The notes beneath the pieces are model-generated. The model was not told where the DNA came from. It saw only the letters and a program-made list of their open reading frames with translations, and ran no database searches. Below are positions 21,099-30,223 of a DNA stretch of 64,000 bases, in pieces. The DNA is from Giardia intestinalis. Taxonomy: Eukaryota. The translations under genes and the position numbers were made by a program. The stretch is taken from the NCBI GenBank assembly GCA_000002435.2, contig CM018793.1; one strand, 5' to 3'. How positions within the stretch are numbered: the stretch's first letter is position 1; each line of letters opens with the position of its first letter.

Positions 21099-24000
21099 GG
21101 TCGCTGCTTTTTATTTCCGGACACCAGGTCAACCCGAGGCCGAATCAAAATCAATTCGGAATCTGTCCGCCAAATAGTTTAGACGAGAAGTCAGACAGGC
21201 CCGAAAAGACGCGACCCGCCGCCGGTGTGCTTCGCCGCGGCGCCGCGCGAGTGGATGCACCAGTCGACCCGAGCGGCGAGAACCAGGCGGGGCAGACGGC
21301 TGGCGTGGGGTAGGAGGGCCCAGGCGCAGATGTGGGTGGCCGCCTCCCCCTAACGCTCTGCACTGTGGCTCCACCGCGCCCGAGGCAAGCAGATGGGCAG
21401 GTGGGCGCACCGACGCGCGGCGCCTGGGCCAAGACCAGGAGGTGAGGCACTAATCCTGCTAGAATAGCTATACGCCGAACCCAACGGAACGCTCGACTCC
21501 ACCTCCTTGGAAAGCACCCGACCACCCAAAAGTGGAAGAGGCCGCCGCTAAGATAGGCACTATGTTGCCCGCAGGCAGCGGCCTCAGCTACAGCACACAG
21601 AACCAAACACAACGCACGCCTTAGCCGCTGGCTCCCCCACCGGGCCATACCTGACGGCGCCCTGGCTAGCTTTGAGGTGCAAGGAAACAACTAGCTTCAC
21701 TCCTGTACACCCTCCCCAGACCAGCCGCCTATCAATCCGCTCGGCTCGCCACAGACGCTCAGTCTGTGTCGGCGCAGCCGTTGAGCTCCGCATTCACAAG
21801 AGTGGATACCAAGCACCACGCAGGCACTAAGGAGGATGGCTCCGTGCAACTGGACCTTGAGCGCAGGACGGCACAGCGTCATCCAGACGGGCTCATAGAG
21901 GTCGACGTCGTCCTGATGACCCGTTTTTGCGGGAGGAAGCCCGGCTACGTGAGATAGACATAGGCCATCCTCACACACGGACACAGTGCTTACCCTCTCA
22001 CCTTGTGGTGCTCCATGTGGCTTCCCATCTATTCATGAAGCCCGCCATGATAACACCTAGTGCACCAACGTCGGTCTTGTGCGCCCACCTGCGGCGCCCT
22101 CTATGGATCCGAGACGCTCTGGTCCCTCGCATTGTGTCGCTCAAACTGCTGGCTCCTCGAGTCTGTGTGCCCCCAGGGGCTCGGTCGAACCAAGAACAAC
22201 GAATCTCAGGCTTGCCCATGAGCTGGAACACGTCCAGGAGCCAGGCACCGTGCAAGCGGCTACCGCTCCCCAGGCGTCAGCTCCAGACTGTGGGGAGGTT
22301 CGCCCGGACACCCGCTGGCCCAGGGGTGGCGGCCCGCCAGGCTCCCAGCCCCCGGATCAATGTCCAAGGGCGGCCGCACAGCAGAAGACCGCCCCGGTGC
22401 CACGGCCGGCGACAGACAACTATTTACAGTGACGCTGCGGCTGCAGAGGCGGGGCCTCGGAGCGCCGGCCTGCCGACACGCTCCGCCGGCTCAGAGAGAG
22501 AGCCCTGGACCCGGCGCGGCTCCGCGAATAGGAGATGCAGCCGTCCTGCTTGGCGCTCTGCAGCAGGGCTATGTTCTCCTCGAAGGACATGGGCGGCGCA
22601 ACGGCCCCGGCCCTTATCACGACCGGCGGGGCATCCCTTAGCCTTGGGCCAACCGGGCGCCGCCCATGAGCCTCGCTGTCAGGTGATGTAGCGTCTTCAG
22701 GCCCCAACGACGCTCGTCACTGTCTCATCGTGCTTTGTGACTTAACTCGTGTGGCCCTTGGCTTGTCCTTGCCACAGAATGCACTCTTGAAGTCGGATGA
22801 GCGGAAACTGATGGTCGACTGTAGCTCGCTGCAACGTTTGTGTGTCGACCACCTACCCAGCCACGCTCAGAGATCAATGACCCGGCCAACTCTTCTTGGA
22901 CAACAAAAAGGCCACCGGCAGACTCGAAATCCTTGTGGACGACACAGGGAAGGGATCCTCGCTGGCATCGATCTTGTCGGGGTCGTGGAGGTAGGTAAGG
23001 ATGATGACGATCTGCTCCATGATGGAGAGCACTGTATCGGTAGGGTTACCGGTTCTTGCACAATCGGCAACCACATCTTGAGGCACCGATCCCAGCGGTC
23101 CATAACGATGACATGGAGTGGGCGTCTCTGAGCACCCGGTAGTGCCTAATGGCATCTAGGTGTCAGCGTCTGGAAATGGTGGCCAGCGCGACCCAGTGGC
23201 CTCCGTGAGCTTCCCACTCTGAGCCTTGGGTAGCTACCTATCACATGGACAGTACCAAAGCTGCCCACATCAAGCACCCCTCCTCGCATCGATGCAGCTC
23301 GTCAAGAGCGAACACGGAATATCGGGTGCGCCGTCCCCAGCCATGACGGTGTCAACGGCGCTGTGCAGAGCACGCTCGGGGGCAGGGGAGTGGCCACCCC
23401 TTTTCCCGGTTGCTGGCTGGCTGGCGAAGTATACGAGGCGCACCCGCTTGTCAGGCAGCTGTCTGAGATGAGGGCATTCCCGGCCCGGAGAGGCCCCTGC
23501 TTAGAACAGGTCACCAATTGTGTAGTAGAAGGAGCACGATCCTTGACATCCTTCCGTGCCAGACTGAAGGAACAAGCTCTGATGCGCTCCTTGCATTTTC
23601 TATTATCATAAACAGTGCTCGATAAGGTAGACGGTATCCCTAAGGAGACACACCGATGCGCTGTGCGAGTCGTCAACCACTTTCCGATCAATCTTATATG
23701 GGTGCGTCTCAGTATGGCCCATATGTTCGCAACATCACAACCGCCGCAGTTGCTATTTACAAAAAGTGGGCCATCAGTGAATGAAGCCAACAAACCCTGG
23801 ACTGTGAGGGAGACGCCTTTTCACGCCTGTCTCATGCCAGTACTTTGGGCCCTCGAATACTTATTGCCGCAAACCAAGCCAATCTATCGGCGTGTCAGGC
23901 GTATCGTTGCGACCATAAGGCTCAGTTTCTTTCATAATTAGCCCTGCTACCATCCACATCGCTGCGAGTGTCCCGCAATAGACTTGAGTAGGAAGCGCTT

Positions 24001-24297
24001 TAAACCCTTGACAAAAGCCCGCAGGCGGCACTAAACGCGCAGTTGATAAGCAAAATGGCCTTAGCCCCAGTAGTCTGTACAGCGCTGGTTGCGCCACGTA
24101 GCAGGCTTTCGGAGCACCCGTCTTCCCCTTCTTCCACAAGGGGTCCCGCTGTTGGTCATGGTGTTCTGAAATTGGACTGTTTTAGGCACATCCAGAATAC
24201 TCACACCCACCCTACTAGCGCACCTAATGCCTGTGCCGGATGAAATAGTGAGCGCGATCCATTTAACCTCAGTTTTCTGCGTTCAAAGTAAAAATTA

Positions 24298-25077
24298 ATG
24301 TGGAGCTGGGAGAGATCGCACTTTCACCACCATCATCACTACTGTCACCACCATAGTGTCCCTGAGTATGGGGTGCTTGGGGGTTTTGGCGGGCTCATCG
24401 GAGGACTCATAGGGGGCGCCATCGGGGCTAATCTGGGTCGCAAAAAAGAGAGAAAAGAGAAAGAAGTTATAGTCCAGCAGCAGCAGATCTCGCCCCCGCA
24501 GCAGAGTAAAGACAAGGAGGTTCACATCCACATTAACCAGTACACCCCGCCAAATAACGCTGCTCCCTCTCCAGCGGCAAACAATGCTAGCAAGCAAGCT
24601 GGGAGCAGTGCAGAGCCGTCTACACAACACATAGAGGCAGGGCTAGCGTCACTGGAGAAGCTTATGTATCTCGGCAACATAGAGGCGGCTAGGCTGCAAA
24701 TGCCGGCATTCAAGAAGTGGTACTTCTCCGAGCGCGAGAAGTTCACCGACCTCAATCTGCTGGGGGTGTACGACACGCGGCTACTGACTGTAGACATGTG
24801 GCTGGTTAACGATGCCGCAAGGGTTGTTAAGGCGCCACAAGGCCCCTTTACGGAGAACGATGCCAAGAAGGTTATGGAGCGCCTGGTAACCAAGGATGGC
24901 CAGCAACAGTTTGTGCAACTGTTCCAACCCGCCCCCATAATGGAGGGTGATAAGCACGAAGACAAAAGCTCAGAGGAACCACTCTTCCTGCGAAGCCTGA
25001 GGAACGCCAATCTCGCCCCCCGCAGCTCTGTTTCAGCCGACCCCATGCAGGCCTACCCGGGCCTAAGAATGAAGTGA
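24298..25077 (+). CDS. hypothetical protein (259 aa) with a His-rich N-terminus and a Gly-zipper-like segment
   Basis: The start is aaaaattaATG. The protein contains HFHHHHHYCHHH and GGFGGLIGGLIGGAIGANLG. Confidence 0.5.
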   Translation: MWSWERSHFHHHHHYCHHHSVPEYGVLGGFGGLIGGLIGGAIGANLGRKKERKEKEVIVQQQQISPPQQSKDKEVHIHINQYTPPNNAAPSPAANNASKQAGSSAEPSTQHIEAGLASLEKLMYLGNIEAARLQMPAFKKWYFSEREKFTDLNLLGVYDTRLLTVDMWLVNDAARVVKAPQGPFTENDAKKVMERLVTKDGQQQFVQLFQPAPIMEGDKHEDKSSEEPLFLRSLRNANLAPRSSVSADPMQAYPGLRMK

Positions 25078-25106
25078 CCCTGTACGCGATCGTGCAAGGA
25101 CTCTCT

Positions 25107-26000
25107 TTACTGTTCAACCAGGGCGGTGACCGTGTTTCCAAACAAGTTTTCTGGTTCTAGGGAGGCTACGTCCCGGCGCACTTTATAGTGCGGGTTGTCC
25201 CCCGCCTTTAGCCATGAAAAGTCGCGAACGGTGAAGCACTGGGTCTCGTCTAGCACTGGGTCCAAACCCGACTGCAGTAAACGCTTGTTGAACTCAGGAT
25301 CTAACTTGCCGAGGAGGGCCGTGTGTGCCTCAATGGTGGCACGTGTGAGCGGCGCAAACTGCAGATCAAGGCTGTGCTCAATGATAGGGGAACTTCCGAC
25401 AGCCACGACAAACGTCGAGGACGCTGTGTGGTGGATCCGCAGCTGATGGCAGGAAGCGATGACCACCAGCCCGCGACAGCGCTCCATGTGTAATGCTCCA
25501 GACACGCTGCTGCAAAAGATCATGCAGCCATCACAATCATCGACGTACAATGTAGATAATTGGGTTGGGAGGACTATTCGCGCGTTGACGCACTTGCGCA
25601 GAGTATAGTCCGTGCCTTCTTTGTCCGGCTCGAGTCGAAAGCTAGCGTCAACAATGTCGCAGGTAACGTTTTCATCGATGTACTGAATCACGGGAGCGCT
25701 CGGGGTTTCTACCGCGCTGTCCTTCTTGATATATTTCCTGCTAGAAAAGGCGAAAGCCTTGCGGGGGACCTTGAGCTGCCTCGCTGCAGCCAAATTGTAA
25801 GCCAGCTTAGTCAGCTGGATATTTGTGACGCGCCTGTCATAAGCGCTCAGAGAAGACGTTATTTGTGCCCGGCGCTCATATGCGCGTAGCTGGGCTGCCA
25901 GACCCCGGAGCACCGCCTCTGCCTCGTCCCTGTCTGTGATGGCTCTAAGCTCTCCCAAGGCAGCGTTAAACGCGTCCACCTCTGCGTTCGCTAGGGTCAT
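25107..26000 (-). CDS. tubulin-folding cofactor C (TBCC / C-CAP-like beta-helix domain) protein
   Basis: CHQLRIHHTASSTFVVAVGSSPIIEHSLDLQFAPL and VRDFSWL align with human TBCC CQQLRIHSTKDTRIFLQVTSRAIVEDCSGIQFAPY and VDDFNWL. The start was trimmed from a GTG to the first ATG (MTLANAE). Confidence 0.75.
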   Translation of the reverse strand: MTLANAEVDAFNAALGELRAITDRDEAEAVLRGLAAQLRAYERRAQITSSLSAYDRRVTNIQLTKLAYNLAAARQLKVPRKAFAFSSRKYIKKDSAVETPSAPVIQYIDENVTCDIVDASFRLEPDKEGTDYTLRKCVNARIVLPTQLSTLYVDDCDGCMIFCSSVSGALHMERCRGLVVIASCHQLRIHHTASSTFVVAVGSSPIIEHSLDLQFAPLTRATIEAHTALLGKLDPEFNKRLLQSGLDPVLDETQCFTVRDFSWLKAGDNPHYKVRRDVASLEPENLFGNTVTALVEQ

Positions 26001-26070
26001 CGGGGTCGACGAGCGCAAGGAAAATAAAACGGGTAAAGGCACAATTCACTGAGCCTGACAAAAGCCTGTC

Positions 26071-26877
26071 TTAGAAGACAAACTTCTCCTCCTGGTCGTC
26101 CTCTGGACGAATGAAGGTCGAGATCTTCTTCATGTTGTTCTGGAGACCGTCGAGGACAGAGCCCATGGTCCTCACAATCTCGTCGTAGCTGGTCTTGCGG
26201 GTCGCAATCAGCTCAGCAACGACGCCGGCGAGAACCTTGCACTCTGCAGACAGCGAGACGACACCGTCGCGTGCGATGGACTCATAGTGCCTGCTCAGGA
26301 TCTCGGAGTCGCGGAGGTACTCGTCGATGCTCTGCTCACGGTCTGCACGCGCACGGTCATTCATGTCGGTGGCATGCTTGAGGTCGCGGTCCACCTTGCT
26401 GTAGATCTCTGTCGCCAGCGCCATCCTGGTATTGCGCTCGTTGGTGAGATTGCCAATAAAGGCGCCAAAGGACTCCTCGGCACTGGTCTTGAAGTAGCGG
26501 ATAGACTCCAGCAGATCGTCGTGCTCCTGGGCGATCTTCGCCATGGCGTGTCTGCACTTGTGGGCGAGGTCGGAGAAGTTGTCATTGTTCTCCTTCGTGT
26601 GGAGGCTCACAGAGGCCCCGAGCGCATCTCTTGTGTCCATTATGCGGGTGGTGAACTTCTTGCGGATGTCATCGAGGCGCTTGGTCGCTCGCTCGGTCTC
26701 CAACTGGAGGATCTTGTCAAGGTGCTCAATCCCGTTCTGGATGAGCTCGAACCTCTCGAGGTCAACCTGCTTGGTCTCGTCAACCTGCCTCTTGAAGTCC
26801 TCGTGAAAGTCGGTCACACGGCTGTTGATCTTTGCGAGGCGGTCCTTGAGAGAAAACGACGTGGAGACGGTGGTCAT
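26071..26877 (-). CDS. SF-assemblin / giardin-family coiled-coil cytoskeletal protein
   Basis: NSRVTDFHEDFKRQVDETKQVDLERFELIQNGIEHLDKILQLETERATKR parallels the beta-giardin N-terminus NQRVSRFHDKMENEIEVRRVDDDTRVKMIKDAIAHLDRLIQTESRKR. The start was trimmed to MTTVSTSF, which follows an A7 run. Confidence 0.7.
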   Translation of the reverse strand: MTTVSTSFSLKDRLAKINSRVTDFHEDFKRQVDETKQVDLERFELIQNGIEHLDKILQLETERATKRLDDIRKKFTTRIMDTRDALGASVSLHTKENNDNFSDLAHKCRHAMAKIAQEHDDLLESIRYFKTSAEESFGAFIGNLTNERNTRMALATEIYSKVDRDLKHATDMNDRARADREQSIDEYLRDSEILSRHYESIARDGVVSLSAECKVLAGVVAELIATRKTSYDEIVRTMGSVLDGLQNNMKKISTFIRPEDDQEEKFVF

Positions 26878-27214
26878 TTTTTTCTGGCGCAAAAGCGGAC
26901 TATTAATAATTATGAAACAGAGGGCAGAAGGCGCGCATTTGGCCCTGACCATGCACCTGCAGCGTGGCCGGTAGTGCTAGGCGTCTCCTTGCCGTCGAAG
27001 GGTCTGGCTTAGGAATCCGCATCGGCACTCTGCCCGCGGCCAGCCTTTCAGAGCACCAAAATTAGTTTAAGGAACAATCGTCAGCGGAAATCCGTCCATC
27101 GAACAAGGAAAGATCAAGGGTGCATAGCCACTAGCACTACGGTGCAGGATGTTGTGGTAAATTTCCGATTTCACGTGTCTGGACAGGCAGCAGCTTCTGG
27201 GCTCCATCTAAAAA

Positions 27215-30181
27215 ATGCTCCTCTCTCTTCCTGTCCAACCTCTCAGACTACGGCACCTCAAGAGTCACCAGTTGCTCGTGCAGGTCCAGAAGTACTGGGA
27301 GGCAAAGAAAAAGTCGCGTGCAGATGAAGAGTGCCGGTTCTGCGATGCAGCGCGAGACTCCGCTGAAATTTTAGAACAGGAGCATCTTGAGTCAGATACT
27401 GCACTCCGAGAGTATCAGCGGTATTGCGCCATGACAAGCTCTGTCCACTCTTTAACGACCTGGAACAACAATACCCTCTTGCAGCTTACAACCAAGAATC
27501 ACCCAAATGTGTGGCAGTTTTGTGCTACAGATAGCGCTTCCTATCAAAGCACATGTCTCTACAATGATATATTCAGCTCCTTTTACAGTTCTTTCGCCAT
27601 TTTATTCAATGCTTGCTGTGCACAGGCCTCTGCTGGCACTGGTCCCTTAAACGCCGTTCTTCCTCACAAGAGATTCCTGTTCAAAACTATTCTTGAGCTT
27701 TCTAGCATTATCCGTGACTCCTTTGCATGCTACCTCCCCGATGAGCTTTTGAGCACCGAACTCGCCCGCTGCCTCCACAGCGACGCATTTGATGCTCTGT
27801 TTTCTCTTGTTGACCTTTCGATGATAGAGCTACTACTTGCAATTGACATTGATAGGATTGAACAAGGCGGTCCTTCAGATATGCAAAGCTTTTTGTCCGT
27901 TACTTTTCTCTACACAGATATATCTACCTCTTTGCAACAGCAGCTCTTGAGCATCCACGACAAAGATCCTATCTTCCTTGCTATTCAGCAGGATCTTGCT
28001 GTTCGAACACCACTTTTTCTTGCATATACCTACTGTTCCTTTGCGAAAGCAATGATGACATCAGACAGTCTGCCGTTGGCAGGTACATATGCACAAAAAG
28101 CGTACAGCTTCCTGGAGCGGTTCCCCTCCAAGAACAGTGCACCCACCGCTACGATAGATCCAAATCTGGTATCGCCGCCAGAAGATATCAGATTGTTTGT
28201 CCAGCGCTTGCGGAGTGAGATTAACGAAATCGTAGAAAGGTGTGGCACAACAGAATTAGCGGACGTGCCATCTCCCCCGCCTCTGTCTATAGAGCGTGTT
28301 CGTGAGATGCTGCTGGCAGACGATGCAGACTATGAAGTACTCGAGCACTATCGACTTCTTCTAAGCTGGGATCACGAGAAGAAACGACTTGTATTCACAC
28401 CGCCTATGAAGGACTCCACTGGATCGTTCGACATGGAAGGTGATGACATTGATTTTGAGAGCATGCAAGGAGGCTCTCGGTCTATCCAAAAGGGGCTTGA
28501 CTTAGATAACGAGGACCTTCCAGACTTTAAATCAAACCCCTCCGAGCCCACTGATAAGCAGGAGTCTGCTGGTTTGGATGCAGAAGAGAAAGCTGTGGAG
28601 GACCCATCTTCGGATGCTCATCATTCGGACCGGGCTTCGTCCAAAAGCTCTCAACCATCTATGGTGTACATCGAACATACGCCGACCATGAATGGGCTCT
28701 CAGTGAAAGGAGAGCACTCTCTGGATGTGATGGAGACCCCGTCAATAGAGCTACCCACCCTTGCTATTGAAAAGCCAAGCAAAATACCAACTCCCACCTT
28801 TACGAGCAGTTATGTTGACCGCATGGCCACAGAGGATATTCCTTCGGATCCTACATACAAAACAAAGCTACCTGCACTGGAAGGCATGCCGCTCCCCAGG
28901 TCTATGCCTGCTGTTATCAAGCCAGAGTGCTGCGATAAGCGAGATAACCTCGATCCCTCGCTACCCCTTGATCTCTTGTCAGATAGCTCCAGTTCCTTAC
29001 CATTTAATTACGAATCCAAGCCAACGGAGAGTGATGTCCTAGATGTACCTCCTGCACCAGCTCAGCCTTCAGTAATGTCGACATTTGATCATGGAGATCT
29101 CCATACTCCAGAAGACCAGGAGAAGGTGAGCGCGAAAGAGAGCTCGCAGCATCCTGCTGAAGCGCTACAGTCACACGATTTGCAGGATACACACAAGCCT
29201 TCGGGCGACCCAGAGGAGGCCTCTCACGAGCTCTATCTTGGAGCGCCTTCAGATGTCGTGGCCATTGATCGGGATGCGGTCTTTCCAAACGACTCTCCTT
29301 CTGTTGAGAATTGTCCGCCATCGACAGACAAGCTCTCTGGAGACGATGACCTTGACAGTATGACCACTAAAGACTTGATATGCAGTAACGGTGTACATGA
29401 TTCGTTTGAGCACGATTCTATGGAAGAAAAGGAGCCAGAAGATGATGGCAACAGACCGACAGCTTTACTCGATGAGATTGCAATTGGCATGCAACAATCG
29501 ACGCAGAGCGGATGTTTCATGGATAACTCCTCCAGGATAACTGAACCGGTGCGAGAGACAGAGCTAGAACTAGACATGATCGTCAATGAAATGAATATCG
29601 CGCAGAGTGACGACTCTCTGAAGATAAGCTCACATACCAGCATTCATAGTAGTGGGAATGAGCCTGCAATTTCACGGGTGTCTCCCAGCTTGGTTAAGCC
29701 TGGCTCAGCGGTTACATTATCTGCGCCGCCTAACGTTAATTCATCAACAGTTGCAGTCGATGTCAATGCAGTGTTAGCAGAAAAGATAAACCCAGAGGAG
29801 GCCATGAATGTAGCCGCGCCGGTGTTTATGGCAAACATGCGCTCCACTTCATTAGGGCCCACGTCAACCTTGATAGAGAACGCGCTGTCGTACTGCGAAG
29901 AGGTTTCCCTTCACCACTCTGTCACTTCGAGCAACGTTAACAATATAGTTCTTTCCATTGGTTCTGGTGCCAGTTTCTCCACGTCTGCTGATTCTATTAA
30001 GAAGTTTCTGTCTGATTCTCAGACAAGCCTGGGGATGAATCAATCCGTCTCTCTTGGTCACAGTTACATTGACAAAGCACGCATACGCACAAGACTTCGT
30101 CTTCTACAATCGCGTGCCGAGCGAGCAATTCTCATTGCCCTGCTAATTACCTTTGTAATAGCAATAGTATGCACACTATAA
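27215..30181 (+). CDS. hypothetical tail-anchored protein (988 aa) with a Ser/Asp/Pro-rich disordered middle
   Basis: The start is ctaaaaaATG. The C-terminal hydrophobic segment is AILIALLITFVIAIVCTL. Confidence 0.6.
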   Translation: MLLSLPVQPLRLRHLKSHQLLVQVQKYWEAKKKSRADEECRFCDAARDSAEILEQEHLESDTALREYQRYCAMTSSVHSLTTWNNNTLLQLTTKNHPNVWQFCATDSASYQSTCLYNDIFSSFYSSFAILFNACCAQASAGTGPLNAVLPHKRFLFKTILELSSIIRDSFACYLPDELLSTELARCLHSDAFDALFSLVDLSMIELLLAIDIDRIEQGGPSDMQSFLSVTFLYTDISTSLQQQLLSIHDKDPIFLAIQQDLAVRTPLFLAYTYCSFAKAMMTSDSLPLAGTYAQKAYSFLERFPSKNSAPTATIDPNLVSPPEDIRLFVQRLRSEINEIVERCGTTELADVPSPPPLSIERVREMLLADDADYEVLEHYRLLLSWDHEKKRLVFTPPMKDSTGSFDMEGDDIDFESMQGGSRSIQKGLDLDNEDLPDFKSNPSEPTDKQESAGLDAEEKAVEDPSSDAHHSDRASSKSSQPSMVYIEHTPTMNGLSVKGEHSLDVMETPSIELPTLAIEKPSKIPTPTFTSSYVDRMATEDIPSDPTYKTKLPALEGMPLPRSMPAVIKPECCDKRDNLDPSLPLDLLSDSSSSLPFNYESKPTESDVLDVPPAPAQPSVMSTFDHGDLHTPEDQEKVSAKESSQHPAEALQSHDLQDTHKPSGDPEEASHELYLGAPSDVVAIDRDAVFPNDSPSVENCPPSTDKLSGDDDLDSMTTKDLICSNGVHDSFEHDSMEEKEPEDDGNRPTALLDEIAIGMQQSTQSGCFMDNSSRITEPVRETELELDMIVNEMNIAQSDDSLKISSHTSIHSSGNEPAISRVSPSLVKPGSAVTLSAPPNVNSSTVAVDVNAVLAEKINPEEAMNVAAPVFMANMRSTSLGPTSTLIENALSYCEEVSLHHSVTSSNVNNIVLSIGSGASFSTSADSIKKFLSDSQTSLGMNQSVSLGHSYIDKARIRTRLRLLQSRAERAILIALLITFVIAIVCTL

Positions 30182-30223
30182 TCGTGATTGTAAATCGCCC
30201 CGTTCACACTAAAAGCTGGCTCC

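Larger units (their letters stand above)
20451..24297. other. gene-free spacer, very GC-rich from 20.45 to ~22.7 kb and of mixed composition from 22.7 to 24.3 kb
   Basis: All six frames carry short overlapping P/R/G/A-rich ORFs. No conserved domain was seen. Apart from 20865-21098 there are no paired initiator/AGTRAAY signals. Confidence 0.5.

Noticed and set aside
22170-22200. GGTCGAACC-like sequence considered as a tRNA T-arm. Intergenic regions 26953-27214 and 53502-54007 were also scanned for tRNAs.
   Set aside because: No cloverleaf with an acceptor stem and anticodon arm could be built around it. tRNAscan-SE would confirm.
20451-22700. Possibility that the GC-rich block is rDNA, given that Giardia rRNA genes are very GC-rich
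   Set aside because: I could not find universally conserved SSU/LSU landmarks (for example GTACACACCGCCCGTC or the SSU 5' GATCCTGCC region). An Rfam scan would be decisive.
20283-22707. Many 60-300-aa ORFs in all frames of the GC-rich block (for example 20283-21182 +, 21151-21690 -, 21927-22691 +)
   Set aside because: They overlap one another, are P/R/G/A-rich, and have neither conserved motifs nor host-type start and stop signals. Only 20865-21098 (-) has both signals, and it is kept at low confidence.
26040-26042. GTG start of the TBCC ORF, and GTG/TTG starts of several track ORFs (11841, 14075, 18321, 43476, 60240)
   Set aside because: In each case the non-ATG start lacks an adjacent A/T-rich initiator. 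The paralog alignment or a nearby ATG with a proper initiator gives a more plausible start.
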